Shown here piece by piece: positions 17,657 through 26,588 of a stretch of DNA of 64,000 nucleotides. The position numbers and the translations under genes were made by a program. How positions within the stretch are numbered: the stretch's first letter is position 1; each line of letters starts with the position of its first letter. Below the pieces are notes generated by a model that did no database searches, had not been told where the DNA came from, and saw nothing but the letters and a program-made list of their open reading frames with translations. This DNA comes from Candidatus Dormiibacterota bacterium (GTDB taxonomy: Bacteria; Acidobacteriota; Polarisedimenticolia; Gp22-AA2), in assembly GCA_035635555.1 (NCBI GenBank), contig DASQAT010000028.1, forward strand, positions 7,885 through 71,884, read 5' to 3'.

Positions 17657-19324
17657 ATGAAACCAGCGGCGGTCGTCCTGTCGGTCCTTTTAGGCGTGGT
17701 CGCAGGGGCGGCGCCGCCGCGCGCCGCGCCGGCGCCAGGGAAGGACGAGGGGGACATCCGCGCCCGCCTCAAGGTGTACGCCCCGATCAAGCTCCAGGCG
17801 GACCTGACCGGCCTCGGTCCCCGGGATCGGGAGGCGCTCGGCAAGATCGTGGCGGCGGTCGGAGCGATCGACGAGATCTACTGGAGGCAGATGGGCCGTC
17901 AGGCCCTCGAGGCCCGCCGGGCGTTCGACTCGGCCGCCGACCCGATCGACAAGCTGTACCGGGACTTCATCCTGATCAACTACGGGCCGTTCGACATCCG
18001 CAACGGCAATGACCGCTTCATCGCGGTCGGCTCGGTGGATGGTCCGCGCCTGCCCTGCGCGGGCTTCTACCCCGAGGACATGACCAAGGAGGAGTTCCAG
18101 GAGCGGGTGCGGCGGTTCCCCGAGATCAAGGACGCCTTCGAGAAGTCCGACACGCTGATCCGCCGCGTGGACGGCACGCTCGTCGCCATCCCGTACGAGA
18201 CGATCTACCTGGACCAGCTGGCGACGGCGTCCAGAAGCCTGGCGGAGGCGGCGGCCCTCGTCGCGAGCCCCAGCCTCAGGCGTTACCTGTCGCTGCGGTC
18301 CGAGGCGCTCCTGCGCGGCGACTACTACGCCTCGGACGTCGCGTGGCTCGACGTGAAGGACAACGCCCTGGACGTCGTCATCGGGCCGATCGAGACGTAC
18401 GACGACACGCTCCTGGGCCTCAAGGCGTCGTACGAGGGGGCGGCCCTCGTCAAGGACGCGAAGGAGAGCCGTTCGCTCGAGGTCTACAGGCAGAACATGG
18501 ACGGAATGGCGAAGGCGCTGCCGGTCGAGGAGCGTTTCAGGCAGTCGAACACCGGCAGCGGCAACGTGCTGGAGGTGGTCAACGTCGTGCGCTTCTCCGG
18601 GGACTTCAACGCCGGGATCAAGACGGTGGCCGCGTCGCTGCCGAACGACGAGAGGATCCTGCAGGAGAAGGGGGCGAAGAAGCAGATCTACAAGAACGTG
18701 CTGGAGGCGAAGTTCGACACGATCCTGCAGCCGATCGCGAAGGCGCTCCTGACCAGGAAGGACGCGCCGCTCGTGACCCGGGAGGCGTTCGTCACGAACG
18801 TCCTTCTGCACGAGCTGTCGCACACGCTGGGGGTCGACTACGTGGTCGGCAAGAAGGACCTGACCGTGCGCAAGGCCCTCATGGAGCGCTACTCCGCCAT
18901 CGAGGAGGCCAAGGCGGACGTCGTCGGGTTCTTCAACATGAGGTACCTCGTGGCGCAGGAAATCTTCTCGGACGACGAGGCCGAGGAGAACCGCGCCACC
19001 TACCTGGCCGGGATCTTTCGCTCGGTCCGCTTCGGCACCGAGGACGCCCACGGCCGGGCGAACGCCCTGCAGCTCAGCTACCTCCTGGGCGCCGGCGGGA
19101 TCGAGCTCGACCGCAAGAAGGGGGAGTTCTCGATCGACGCGAAGAAATTCGACCCGGCGATCACCGCCCTCGCGAAGGAGCTGCTCGAGATCGAGGGGAC
19201 AGGCGACTACGCCCGTGCCGGGGCCCTCCTCAAGAAGAACGGCGACCTCGACCCCGCCGTCCGCGACGCCCTGAAGAAAATCGACGACGTCCCGGTCGAC
19301 GTCTCGTTCACCTACCCTCTCTAG
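17657..19324 (+). CDS. Secreted dipeptidyl-peptidase III-like zinc hydrolase (peptidase M49-like family)
   Basis: Signal peptide MKPAAVVLSVLLGVVAGAA. HELSHTLG resembles the HExxH/HExxGH motif of DPP3. The second zinc motif EEAKAD (EExxAE/D) lies ~50 aa downstream. Confidence 0.65.
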   Translation: MKPAAVVLSVLLGVVAGAAPPRAAPAPGKDEGDIRARLKVYAPIKLQADLTGLGPRDREALGKIVAAVGAIDEIYWRQMGRQALEARRAFDSAADPIDKLYRDFILINYGPFDIRNGNDRFIAVGSVDGPRLPCAGFYPEDMTKEEFQERVRRFPEIKDAFEKSDTLIRRVDGTLVAIPYETIYLDQLATASRSLAEAAALVASPSLRRYLSLRSEALLRGDYYASDVAWLDVKDNALDVVIGPIETYDDTLLGLKASYEGAALVKDAKESRSLEVYRQNMDGMAKALPVEERFRQSNTGSGNVLEVVNVVRFSGDFNAGIKTVAASLPNDERILQEKGAKKQIYKNVLEAKFDTILQPIAKALLTRKDAPLVTREAFVTNVLLHELSHTLGVDYVVGKKDLTVRKALMERYSAIEEAKADVVGFFNMRYLVAQEIFSDDEAEENRATYLAGIFRSVRFGTEDAHGRANALQLSYLLGAGGIELDRKKGEFSIDAKKFDPAITALAKELLEIEGTGDYARAGALLKKNGDLDPAVRDALKKIDDVPVDVSFTYPL

Positions 19325-19328
19325 AAAC

Positions 19329-20171
19329 GTGCCCCCGGGAGACGCCGGCCGCGACGGTTCGGGGAAGCCGATCGGTCCCCTCAAGATGGTGTCGCTCGAC
19401 GGGAGCCTCGACGGTCGGCGCGTGCGGATCGCCCGGCTGGACGTGCCGAGCCTCGTCCGTGGATCCGGCGGAGCAGGAGAAGTGGGGGATCTCGTGGCCG
19501 CCGCGCTCGAGGCGGCCCGGGTCGGCGGTCACTCGCTGGCCCTGGCGCTCACCTCCGAATCCGGGGGGACCGGGGCACTGGATGGTTTTCAGCCCCTGCC
19601 CTGCAGCGAGGCGGCCTGCCGGACGGTGCTGCCGGTGCAGTGGCCGAAGGAGCCGGAGTGGCTGCGGGCAGGGGAGGATCCGCTTCGGTTCGTTCCGGGG
19701 CTGCGGCCCTGGCGGCCGGACGACCTCGAGGAGGTCGCGGCGATCCATGCGGAGACGATCGCGCGGCAGCGCCTGCGGATCGATCGGAGTGCGGAGACCT
19801 GGGAACGGATTCTCCCCGCGCAGGACGCGCCGTTCTTCGTGATCGAGAGGAGCGGCCGCGTGGACGCCTACGTCCTGCTCGGCGCAGGACGCCCGACCCT
19901 GCGCTGGCGCGAGCACGGCGCGCGCCGGGGGGCGGAGGACCTTCTGACCGACCTCTTCTGGAGCGTTCTCGCCTGGGCGCGCGGCGCGCGGCTGCAGCGG
20001 ATCGAGGGATGGTGCATGCCCGGGATCCTGACCGTGCGGCCGCTCTACCCGACCTCGGATCGGAGCAGGAAGGGGAGGGTGCCGATGCTGCGGACGCTCG
20101 ACCCCCTGACACCGCTCCCGGAGCTCAAGAGCGAAGACGAGTGCCGATTGTGGGAGCTCGACGCGTTCTAG
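19329..20171 (+). CDS. Hypothetical protein, possibly GNAT-like acyltransferase fold
   Basis: It starts 5 nt after the DPP3-like stop. The region FFVIERSGRVDAYVLLG…RRGAEDLLTDLFWSV is weakly GNAT-like. Low confidence in function. Confidence 0.4.
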   Translation: MPPGDAGRDGSGKPIGPLKMVSLDGSLDGRRVRIARLDVPSLVRGSGGAGEVGDLVAAALEAARVGGHSLALALTSESGGTGALDGFQPLPCSEAACRTVLPVQWPKEPEWLRAGEDPLRFVPGLRPWRPDDLEEVAAIHAETIARQRLRIDRSAETWERILPAQDAPFFVIERSGRVDAYVLLGAGRPTLRWREHGARRGAEDLLTDLFWSVLAWARGARLQRIEGWCMPGILTVRPLYPTSDRSRKGRVPMLRTLDPLTPLPELKSEDECRLWELDAF

Positions 20172-20455
20172 TGCAGGAGCTTCTTCTTGGCCTCCACGAG
20201 CTCCTTCTCCAGCTTCTCTTTCTTGACCATCAGGGCCGAGACGTCCTGGGTCGTGTCCATCCCCGTCATGCCGGCGGCCCGACCGGCCTGCGACATCTGG
20301 TCGTTGATGGCCGTGATCTGCTGCTCGAGATCCCGGACGTGCTGCTCATCGGTGCTCAGGGTGGTCGGCATCAAAGAAAACTGTCCCGTCCTGACGTAGT
20401 TCACGCCGAGCCAGATGCCCACGAGCACCACGATCAGAAGGACGACCTTCTTCAT
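20168..20455 (-). CDS. Small N-terminally membrane-anchored coiled-coil protein
   Basis: Start reassigned to MKKVVLLIVVLVGIWLGV (GGAGG RBS at -7). The C-terminus is a heptad-like Glu/Lys-rich helix. Confidence 0.5.
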   Translation of the reverse strand: MKKVVLLIVVLVGIWLGVNYVRTGQFSLMPTTLSTDEQHVRDLEQQITAINDQMSQAGRAAGMTGMDTTQDVSALMVKKEKLEKELVEAKKKLLH

Positions 20456-20490
20456 GGACCCTCCTCGAGAGAGTGGAAGAGCGGAGGACT

Positions 20491-20587
20491 TGGCGGAAGC
20501 GTGTGGGAATCGAACCCACCGGAGCCGGGTTCCCCCGGCTCCCAACGGATTTGAAGTCCGCGCAGGACACCAGCCCCGAGGCGCTTC
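20491..20587 (-). tRNA. selC: tRNA-Sec (selenocysteine, anticodon UCA), selC
   Basis: Reverse complement: GGAAGCGCCTCGGGGCTGGTGTCCTGCGCGGACTTCAAATCCGTTGGGAGCCGGGGGAACCCGGCTCGGTGGGTTCGATTCCCACACGCTTCCGCCA. Anticodon loop CTTCAAA gives UCA. The D-stem is 6 bp with a 4-nt loop (CGGGGC-TGGT-GTCCTG). The variable arm is 8 bp. The T-arm is GTGGG-TTCGATT-CCCAC. G73 discriminator and CCA end. The ends match E. coli selC closely (GGAAG…GGACTTCAAATCC…CTTCCGCCA). Confidence 0.85.
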
Positions 20588-20588
20588 C
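20549..20588. repeat. 40-bp direct repeat (att site copy inside the intact tRNA-Sec, covering tRNA nt 1-39 plus 1 flanking nt)
   Basis: tttgaagtccgcgcaggacaccagccccgaggcgcttccg is identical to 29978..30017. Confidence 0.85.
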
Positions 20589-20635
20589 GCAACCGGCCAA
20601 GTGTAGCAGAAGACGAGGGGTTGTCGGCGCTCCCG

Positions 20636-21775
20636 TCAGCGGCTCTCGCGATCTCCGCGATCTGACTGCGGCTCTGTCGCGGCTCCTTCGCCCTCCGGCG
20701 CGGGTTGATCGAGCAGCGCGGCTGTGCTGGCGCGACGGCCTTTCAGGAGATGGCCATAGCGCAAGGTCATGGCCAGGGTCTTGTGCCGCAGGAAGTCCCG
20801 CACGTCGTTGAGGGTCGCGCCCCGGTCGAGCAGTTCGGTCGCGGCCTGGTGCCGGAGATCGTGGAACTTGAACTTATCGACCCCCTTCCCGCCGCAGGTC
20901 GAGCAGGAGCGGTCGGGCTTGCCTTCGTTGGCCGCGAGGCACGCGCAGGGGCGCTTCAGGCCGGCGGCTTCGACGGCGAGGTCGAAGCGATAGCGGAGCT
21001 TCTGGCGGTCGACGCTGAAGACTGGGAGGGAAGGGTTGATCGGGCGGGGGAGACCCTCTAGCAGGGAGCGAGTCGTTGCGTTCATCTCGACGGTGCCGGT
21101 GCAGCCGTTCTTCGCATCGCGGAAGGTGATGATACCGCGCTTGAAGTCGATGTCCCGCCAGGTCAGCTTGAAGATCTCCCCCTGACGTGCTCCCGTGAAG
21201 CGAGCGAAGGTCACGACCGGCCGCACCCAGTCCGGACACGCCGACATCAGTGCCTTCATCTCGTCGACGCTCAGGTGCTTCACGCGCTCGTTGTGGACCT
21301 CGGGCCGCTCGATGTTGAGCGCGGGGTTCTCCTGCAGCTTGTGCAGCGCGACGGCTTTCTTGAAGAGTCGCTTGATCACCTGAACCTCCTGCAGGACCGT
21401 TGCTGGCTGCCTCTCGGTTTCTCTCTCGGCCTTGAAGTCGACGAGCATCTGGGTCGTGATGGCGGAGAGGTTGATCTTCCAGCGCTTCTTCAGGGCGTCG
21501 AGGATCTCCCGATCCCTCCGCGCGGACTTCTTATTCGCGCAGAAGGTCCGGAAGTAGTAGTCCGCGTACTCGCCGAACGTCATCGGGGTCGGCTTGAACG
21601 GGCGATGGCCATGCGTTGACTCGTAGACCTCGTCTTTGAAGACCTCGACCCGCTTTGCCTTCATCGCGGTCGCGGCTTCTTGCTTCGAGTCCGCGCTGCC
21701 GCAGTAGCGCTTCCCGTTGCGGCGGAACTCGAAGCACCAGCGAGGTGAGCCGGGCCTTTGGAAAGGGGCTCTCAT
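20636..21775 (-). CDS. int: Tyrosine-type site-specific integrase
   Basis: The C-terminal catalytic region has …HDLRHQAATELLDRGATLNDVRDFLRHKTLAMTLRYGHL… (R…HxxR…Y). The start is set at MRAPFQ, whose ATG overlaps the stop of the upstream RHH ORF as ATGA. There is an unusual Cys-rich insert (CACLAANEGKPDRSCSTCGGKG). Confidence 0.9.
   Translation of the reverse strand: MRAPFQRPGSPRWCFEFRRNGKRYCGSADSKQEAATAMKAKRVEVFKDEVYESTHGHRPFKPTPMTFGEYADYYFRTFCANKKSARRDREILDALKKRWKINLSAITTQMLVDFKAERETERQPATVLQEVQVIKRLFKKAVALHKLQENPALNIERPEVHNERVKHLSVDEMKALMSACPDWVRPVVTFARFTGARQGEIFKLTWRDIDFKRGIITFRDAKNGCTGTVEMNATTRSLLEGLPRPINPSLPVFSVDRQKLRYRFDLAVEAAGLKRPCACLAANEGKPDRSCSTCGGKGVDKFKFHDLRHQAATELLDRGATLNDVRDFLRHKTLAMTLRYGHLLKGRRASTAALLDQPAPEGEGAATEPQSDRGDRESR
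20668..20684. repeat. 17-nt direct repeat gcggctctgtcgcggct (copy 1; inside the integrase 3' end, ~80 nt from the att repeat)
   Basis: An identical 17-mer occurs at 29828..29844 near the other island end. It is a possible arm-type integrase binding site. Confidence 0.4.
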
Positions 21776-21957
21776 CCCTGCACCGCCTTCCTCGGCCACT
21801 TGCCTGTCGCCAGGCGCGATTCAGCCGCGCGGTTCATGCTGATGCCCAGGTCCTTTGCTGTCTTCGAGAGCAGAGTCTTCACCGCGGGATCGATCTTGAA
21901 GACCACCTGCACACGCTCCGTCTTCGGCTTGCCGTTCCCCTTCGTCTTGCTGCTCAT
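21772..21957 (-). CDS. Small DNA-binding protein, putative ribbon-helix-helix (Arc/MetJ-like) regulator
   Basis: 61 aa, basic N-terminus. VVFKIDPAVKTLLSKTAKDLGISMNRAAESRLA resembles an RHH beta-strand plus two helices. Translationally coupled to int. Confidence 0.45.
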   Translation of the reverse strand: MSSKTKGNGKPKTERVQVVFKIDPAVKTLLSKTAKDLGISMNRAAESRLATGKWPRKAVQG

Positions 21958-22046
21958 CGCCTTGCTCCTCGATCCCCGGTAGCCCGTGGTGGGCGCGGGG
22001 TCGCACCAATTGACGCTCCTTCTGCGGCTTTAGTCCAGGGTGAAGA

Positions 22047-22529
22047 TCAGAAATCCCACCATGAGTCCACCAGATCACCCGGGCTAGCCGGCCGGTACTC
22101 ATCGTTGCTTCGCCAGGACTCCGCGCTCTCGCCCCCTCTGAGCGGACCCCTGGGCCGGCTGCTCCCGGGCTCGACTAGAAGCGCCCTCCTGAGCCTGGGC
22201 GCACGGACTCGCTTCTTCTTGCTCAGGGGCTCGTCATCAGTCGGGATGCCCTTCTCTTGGGTGAATCCGATCCGGCTGCCGTAATCAGAGCCGCAGGGAT
22301 CAGCCGGCAGAGGAGGCTGCTCCTGCCCCAGAAGCCTCTCCCGCGGCTTCTGCTTCTGCTCCGCCTGCTGCTTCAGCCTCTCCCTCCGGGCCCTCTGCCT
22401 CTGTCGGGCCAGAAGCGCCTGCCTGTTGCTGCGAAGGCGCTGGCCCTTCTTCAGCCCCTTCAGGCGCCGCTCCGCCCTGCTGGTGGGCTCACGATCGGCT
22501 TTCTTCCTTCTGCTACGACTGCTGGGCAT
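22047..22529 (-). CDS. Highly basic Lys/Arg-rich hypothetical protein
   Basis: 160-aa ORF with coding-like codon usage (AAG/CAG-rich) and coiled-coil charge patterns. No homology recognisable by eye. Confidence 0.4.
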   Translation of the reverse strand: MPSSRSRRKKADREPTSRAERRLKGLKKGQRLRSNRQALLARQRQRARRERLKQQAEQKQKPRERLLGQEQPPLPADPCGSDYGSRIGFTQEKGIPTDDEPLSKKKRVRAPRLRRALLVEPGSSRPRGPLRGGESAESWRSNDEYRPASPGDLVDSWWDF

Positions 22530-22923
22530 TGCATTCTCCTGCTATGAAGCGTGACAGCGTGACGCGCGGGATGTCACGCCTTTCGTCACGCTGAAGGTGG
22601 TGGAAATATTCACACGGGTCCCCTGCCAGCTCCGCGCTCGCGTTCGGTTTGACAGATCTCCGGGCCTCCGCCTTCCCCTGGCTGAGCCGCGTAAGAGCCG
22701 CACGCACCGTGGCTTCCATGCGCATCTCTCGCTCGCTCCGCACGATGCGCCAGATGCAGAACGGACTAGCAGTGCGATCGGGCTTGATATCAAGTGGCCA
22801 GGGGCGGGCTCTGCAGCTTGCAAGTTGTGCGAGGGGGAGATTGAGCGCGCGCCCACCTGGCGGGGGATTCTGCGATCGAGCGCAGCGAGCCAGGTAGGTC
22901 ACGGCAAAGTTCACAAGGGTCAT
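22513..22923 (-). CDS. Hypothetical protein (weak call)
   Basis: ORF in island gene orientation. Its composition is odd and it may be spurious or regulatory. Confidence 0.25.
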   Translation of the reverse strand: MTLVNFAVTYLARCARSQNPPPGGRALNLPLAQLASCRARPWPLDIKPDRTASPFCIWRIVRSEREMRMEATVRAALTRLSQGKAEARRSVKPNASAELAGDPCEYFHHLQRDERRDIPRVTLSRFIAGECNAQQS

Positions 22924-22964
22924 GCACCCCCCCTCTCACACAGGCCCTTCCCCCTACCCGTGCC

Positions 22965-24443
22965 TCATGAACTTTGCCGTGAGTAGTTGTGGTTGGAGGA
23001 CACATCGCGGATGGCGGAGTAGATGCTCAGCGCGAGGTCGGTCAGGCGCCAGCGGGTGAAACCGCCTTCGTCGTCGGGGACCTTCTCGACCAGCGCCCCA
23101 CTGATCTTGGCGAAGCCGTAGAGGTAGTCCTGAGTCGTGGCGACCTTCACTCCAGCAGCGGTAGCGATCTCGGACGTGAGAGCGCCGGCCCCGTTGTCGT
23201 GAAGCAGCTTCACCGCGCCGAGGACGGCTCGCCGAGGAGGATTCATCGTGTCCAGCGCGACCCGGGCGACGGTCTGGAAGTCATCGGCTTCGACAGCTTC
23301 ATGGCCGCGGATTGAAGCGAGGCATTTGATCAGCGTGGTGAGGCCGATCGCGAGACGATAGGGCTGCTCTGCCTGAACGGAGCCGATCTTGCCGATCGCA
23401 TGCCGGCTCGGAACAGTGCGGGCCGTCGCGAGCCAGACCGCCAGCGAGGCAAGAGGCATCTCGAACTCCTTCGAGAGCGCGATGTCGATGGCGGAGCGGA
23501 ACGTGTGGCAGAGGAACTCCCCCACGGCACCATGAAGCGCCGTCTTCCGCTCGGTCTGGTGGCCGTGGTTGGCGATGATGCTGCGGACCTTGTCGAGATC
23601 GGCTTGGTCTTGAATGCGAACGAGCAGGAACCGCGGGCCAAGTTGAGCGAGGCTGTCTTGGTGGCGATCGATGACGTCGGTGACGGCGAGGAGCATCCCC
23701 AGGCGCCCCTTCCACTCAATCAGCCCGACGCCGCTGTCTTTCTTGAACGATCCATCGGCGATCTCGCGGAGGTTCCCCAGCAGATCGGCGACTTGGTTCT
23801 TCTGCTTTGTGAGGGTGGTGGTCAGGTCCTTCACGATCAGGACGAAGATCGTCGGCTTCCGCAGGAGGAGACTGTTCTGCGGATCGATCCCGCCACCATC
23901 GGAGGTCTGCTTGGCCGAGAGCAGCGCGTTCGGGGTGATCACCGACGCGATGTGAACCCTCGGGGACTTCGGATGACCATCCAGCGACTCCACGACTTCG
24001 GTCTTCCCCGCCGAGGAGGCTCCCACGATCATGAGACACACCGGCTGCTCGTCGACCAGGGCGATGCTGAGGTAACTCGCGAGGACGATCTCGATCCAGT
24101 CGAAGTCGCTGATACGAAGGTGTCGGGAGAATGCAGCGCGCAGCTTCTTGATGTCCTCCCGGGAGATCGGCGGGCCGGAGGGGATGCTGAGCGGATCAGG
24201 ACCCTCCTCGGGAGGTGGCGGAGCGAGAGCGGCGAGAAGCATCTGGTCCGCGAGGACCTGGGCTTCCATCTTGACCCGCTCGTCGGGATCGAGCTTCTTC
24301 GCCTTCTTGAGGATGTGCTGAAGCTTGACAAGCCGCGCTCGGGTCTCGACGATCTTCCTCGTATCCGCAGCGACCTGGGATTCGGCGAGGAGGTTCTGGA
24401 ACTCAGCTTCGGTCGGGGGCTGCGGCTTCGGTGTCTCGCTCAT
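22965..24443 (-). CDS. P-loop NTPase, primase-C-terminal/D5-like replication protein with a C-terminal winged-helix
   Basis: Start reassigned to MSETPKPQ. Walker A is MIVGASSAGKTEV. The region PTIFVLIVKDLTT is Walker-B-like. The C-terminal HTH-like segment is ALTSEIATAAGVKVATTQDYLYGFAKISGALVE. This is typical of the replication initiator in phage satellites and integrative elements. Confidence 0.6.
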   Translation of the reverse strand: MSETPKPQPPTEAEFQNLLAESQVAADTRKIVETRARLVKLQHILKKAKKLDPDERVKMEAQVLADQMLLAALAPPPPEEGPDPLSIPSGPPISREDIKKLRAAFSRHLRISDFDWIEIVLASYLSIALVDEQPVCLMIVGASSAGKTEVVESLDGHPKSPRVHIASVITPNALLSAKQTSDGGGIDPQNSLLLRKPTIFVLIVKDLTTTLTKQKNQVADLLGNLREIADGSFKKDSGVGLIEWKGRLGMLLAVTDVIDRHQDSLAQLGPRFLLVRIQDQADLDKVRSIIANHGHQTERKTALHGAVGEFLCHTFRSAIDIALSKEFEMPLASLAVWLATARTVPSRHAIGKIGSVQAEQPYRLAIGLTTLIKCLASIRGHEAVEADDFQTVARVALDTMNPPRRAVLGAVKLLHDNGAGALTSEIATAAGVKVATTQDYLYGFAKISGALVEKVPDDEGGFTRWRLTDLALSIYSAIRDVSSNHNYSRQSS

Positions 24444-24647
24444 TGTCCCTTCCGGATGATCGGGATGCCTTGGCGGAGGTCGACGAGTTCCTTCGCGGTC
24501 AGAGGGAAGGCGTCGAGGATAGTCGGGGGTTGTGGGGAGGGCTTCGGCTGCTGGGCGCTCACTTTCATCCTCCTCCCCTCCAGCGGCAGCGCGGGGCTCC
24601 GCCAGGAGGGGCACTTCGCTTCGGGTTAACTTCGACTCTCCTTCTAT

Positions 24648-24818
24648 CTAATCCGGGCCGTGATCAGATGGGGCCTTGCGGATCACGACCCCCTTGAGCT
24701 TCTCCCGGGCTTCGAACGCTCGCTGGCATTTGGCGCACCTCGTCTGCCCAGCGCGGATGGGGTCGGAGCAATCGCGGCAGCGAGTGCCCTCAGTGCCGGG
24801 TTGGCTCTCCAAACTCAT
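24648..24818 (-). CDS. Small zinc-ribbon protein (56 aa; not in ORF track)
   Basis: Manual translation gives MSLESQPGTEGTRCRDCSDPIRAGQTRCAKCQRAFEAREKLKGVVIRKAPSDHGPD, with CxxC…CxxC. Its ATG overlaps the upstream stop as ATGA. Confidence 0.5.
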   Translation of the reverse strand: MSLESQPGTEGTRCRDCSDPIRAGQTRCAKCQRAFEAREKLKGVVIRKAPSDHGPD

Positions 24819-25087
24819 CCATTCACCGCCCGGGCGATCTGCTGCCGCAGAGATTCGACCATCTGGCTTGCCAGGGCAGCTTGAACGTCCGGGGGAGTCG
24901 ATGTGGCCTCGTCGTTGAATATCTGCTGCACCATCAGCGTTGCGGTCTGATCGATATAGAAGCCGACGAGCCTCGGCCGATAGTCAGCCGGCTGGCCGAA
25001 CGAAGGGGGCAGCCCGTTCAGATCGCGGTCGACAAGGGCGCGGACGGAGACTTCAGCTTCGACGATGGAGATGGTTCTGAGCTTCAT
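24815..25087 (-). CDS. Hypothetical protein (90 aa)
   Basis: ATGA-coupled both to the upstream 231-aa ORF and to the downstream Zn-ribbon ORF. Confidence 0.45.
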   Translation of the reverse strand: MKLRTISIVEAEVSVRALVDRDLNGLPPSFGQPADYRPRLVGFYIDQTATLMVQQIFNDEATSTPPDVQAALASQMVESLRQQIARAVNG

Positions 25088-25779
25088 GGCTTCTCCCTAT
25101 AGTCAGGCGGAGTCGAATCGCCGACGTGCTGGTCACACAGCATTCGGGTCGACTTCTGCCGCGCCACGAAGCCTTGTCCGCAATCGGGGATCGCACAAGT
25201 GCGAGCGACGAAGGGGTCCTCGGGGAGGAATGACAGAGGAGCAGCGCCTGCCCTCGTTGCCTTCACCACCCGATCGGTCGCCAGGCTGGCAGCGATGGTG
25301 TCGTCAGAAGCGATGGCCTCGGCGTAGTCCCGATCAGGGGCCAGATCCACAACCAGCTTCGCGGCGAGGGCGATCGCCTGACGCTCCTGGCGATCCTCTT
25401 TCTCTGATTCCTTCTTCATGGTAGCGAGATAGCTGGCGAGTTGCCGCTCTTCGTCGGCATCGAAGGGATCACGACCGAGGCTTACGAGGTACTTCCTCGC
25501 TGCGTCGACGTAGCAGAGCATCGTTCGGTAGAGTCGAGTTGCGTAGGTCGGGATGGTGCTGGGCATGATGCTTGATTCCTTTCGTTTGAACGGGACGATG
25601 TTCTCTGGGACAGGGTCGGTTCTGTGGTACTTCGAGCAGCAGGCTCCGCAGGCTGGGTCATCATGCGGGCAGAGTTCCGCGCTGGTGTTCTGGCCGAGAA
25701 TCAGTCCGCACCTCGGGCAGCGCATGTAGATCTGGCCGGCTTGCTTCTGGATGTCGTCGGTCACGGCTTGACCAGACAC
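25084..25779 (-). CDS. Hypothetical Zn-ribbon-containing protein (231 aa)
   Basis: N-terminal CPRCG…CPHDDPACGACC and C-terminal CAIPDCGQG…CDQH cysteine clusters. Confidence 0.5.
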   Translation of the reverse strand: MSGQAVTDDIQKQAGQIYMRCPRCGLILGQNTSAELCPHDDPACGACCSKYHRTDPVPENIVPFKRKESSIMPSTIPTYATRLYRTMLCYVDAARKYLVSLGRDPFDADEERQLASYLATMKKESEKEDRQERQAIALAAKLVVDLAPDRDYAEAIASDDTIAASLATDRVVKATRAGAAPLSFLPEDPFVARTCAIPDCGQGFVARQKSTRMLCDQHVGDSTPPDYREKP

Positions 25780-25907
25780 AGCAGCTCGTTCAATCGTTGG
25801 AGAATCGCTGCCATGTTCTCTGGATCAAAGTCGCTGGTCGTACTGAGCGTGACTCTCGTGTTGCCGCAGGTGGCAGAGAGGGTGTATGCGTACTTGCGTT
25901 GAGACAT
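25761..25907 (-). CDS. Small hypothetical protein (48 aa)
   Basis: Start MSQRKYAYTL… has a GAGGAG RBS. The track ORF 25761..26096 probably includes a spurious N-terminal extension. Confidence 0.4.
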   Translation of the reverse strand: MSQRKYAYTLSATCGNTRVTLSTTSDFDPENMAAILQRLNELLCLVKP

Positions 25908-26231
25908 TTGTTTCTCCTCTGTGGTGATGTGACCAGCGCCCCAGGGCCCGACAACCTGAGCGGGCGAGAGCAGCGCTGGTCCCCGACGCTCTCTGATCGG
26001 CCTTGCATGATTCGGCGCACCCAGCCAGGCTTCGTCCCCTTCGCGGGTGACGGACGCGAGTGGGCAGGGCTGGATGCGCCTGGCCCCAGGACCCAAGGCG
26101 CGGACGGCCTAGTAGAGTTCGCGCCACGGGTCCGCAGGGATTTCGAAAGAGCCAGCAGGCCGCACTGGGGGCCGTAAGTCCCCCTGGAATCACCTGCTGG
26201 CCGCGAGGATTCCCGCTCGCTTCTCGTCGAG

Positions 26232-26540
26232 TTAGGCGTTCCTGATGCCGTAGACGATCATCCCTTTCGTGTCGAGACCCGCGCTGTTGTTCACCACGAG
26301 CGCCTGATTCGGCTCGCAGGCGAACAGCGGGGCCGCGACAGAACCGTCGAGGCTGATTCCCCCTGACGTGCCGAGGCTGAAGGTCCCGTGCGTCGTCGAG
26401 CCGGACTTGAGGATCGCGCTGCCGGCGGTGGTCTGGCCGGTCAATACGAGGTTGGTTACGACGATGGCGAGACCTGCTCCGGGAGCGGCGAGAATCGTGT
26501 TGTCGCCGTCGTTTGCTGCTGAGACGTTGATTGAAGCCAT
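26232..26540 (-). CDS. Gly/Ser/Thr-rich beta-strand hypothetical protein (102 aa)
   Basis: MASINVSAANDGDNTILAAPGAGLAIVVTNLVLTGQTT… is fibre- or structural-like in composition. No signal peptide. Confidence 0.4.
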   Translation of the reverse strand: MASINVSAANDGDNTILAAPGAGLAIVVTNLVLTGQTTAGSAILKSGSTTHGTFSLGTSGGISLDGSVAAPLFACEPNQALVVNNSAGLDTKGMIVYGIRNA

Positions 26541-26588
26541 GACTTGAAGTGCTCCTTGAATGCGCGACCCGTAGGCCGCGCGGGTTGG

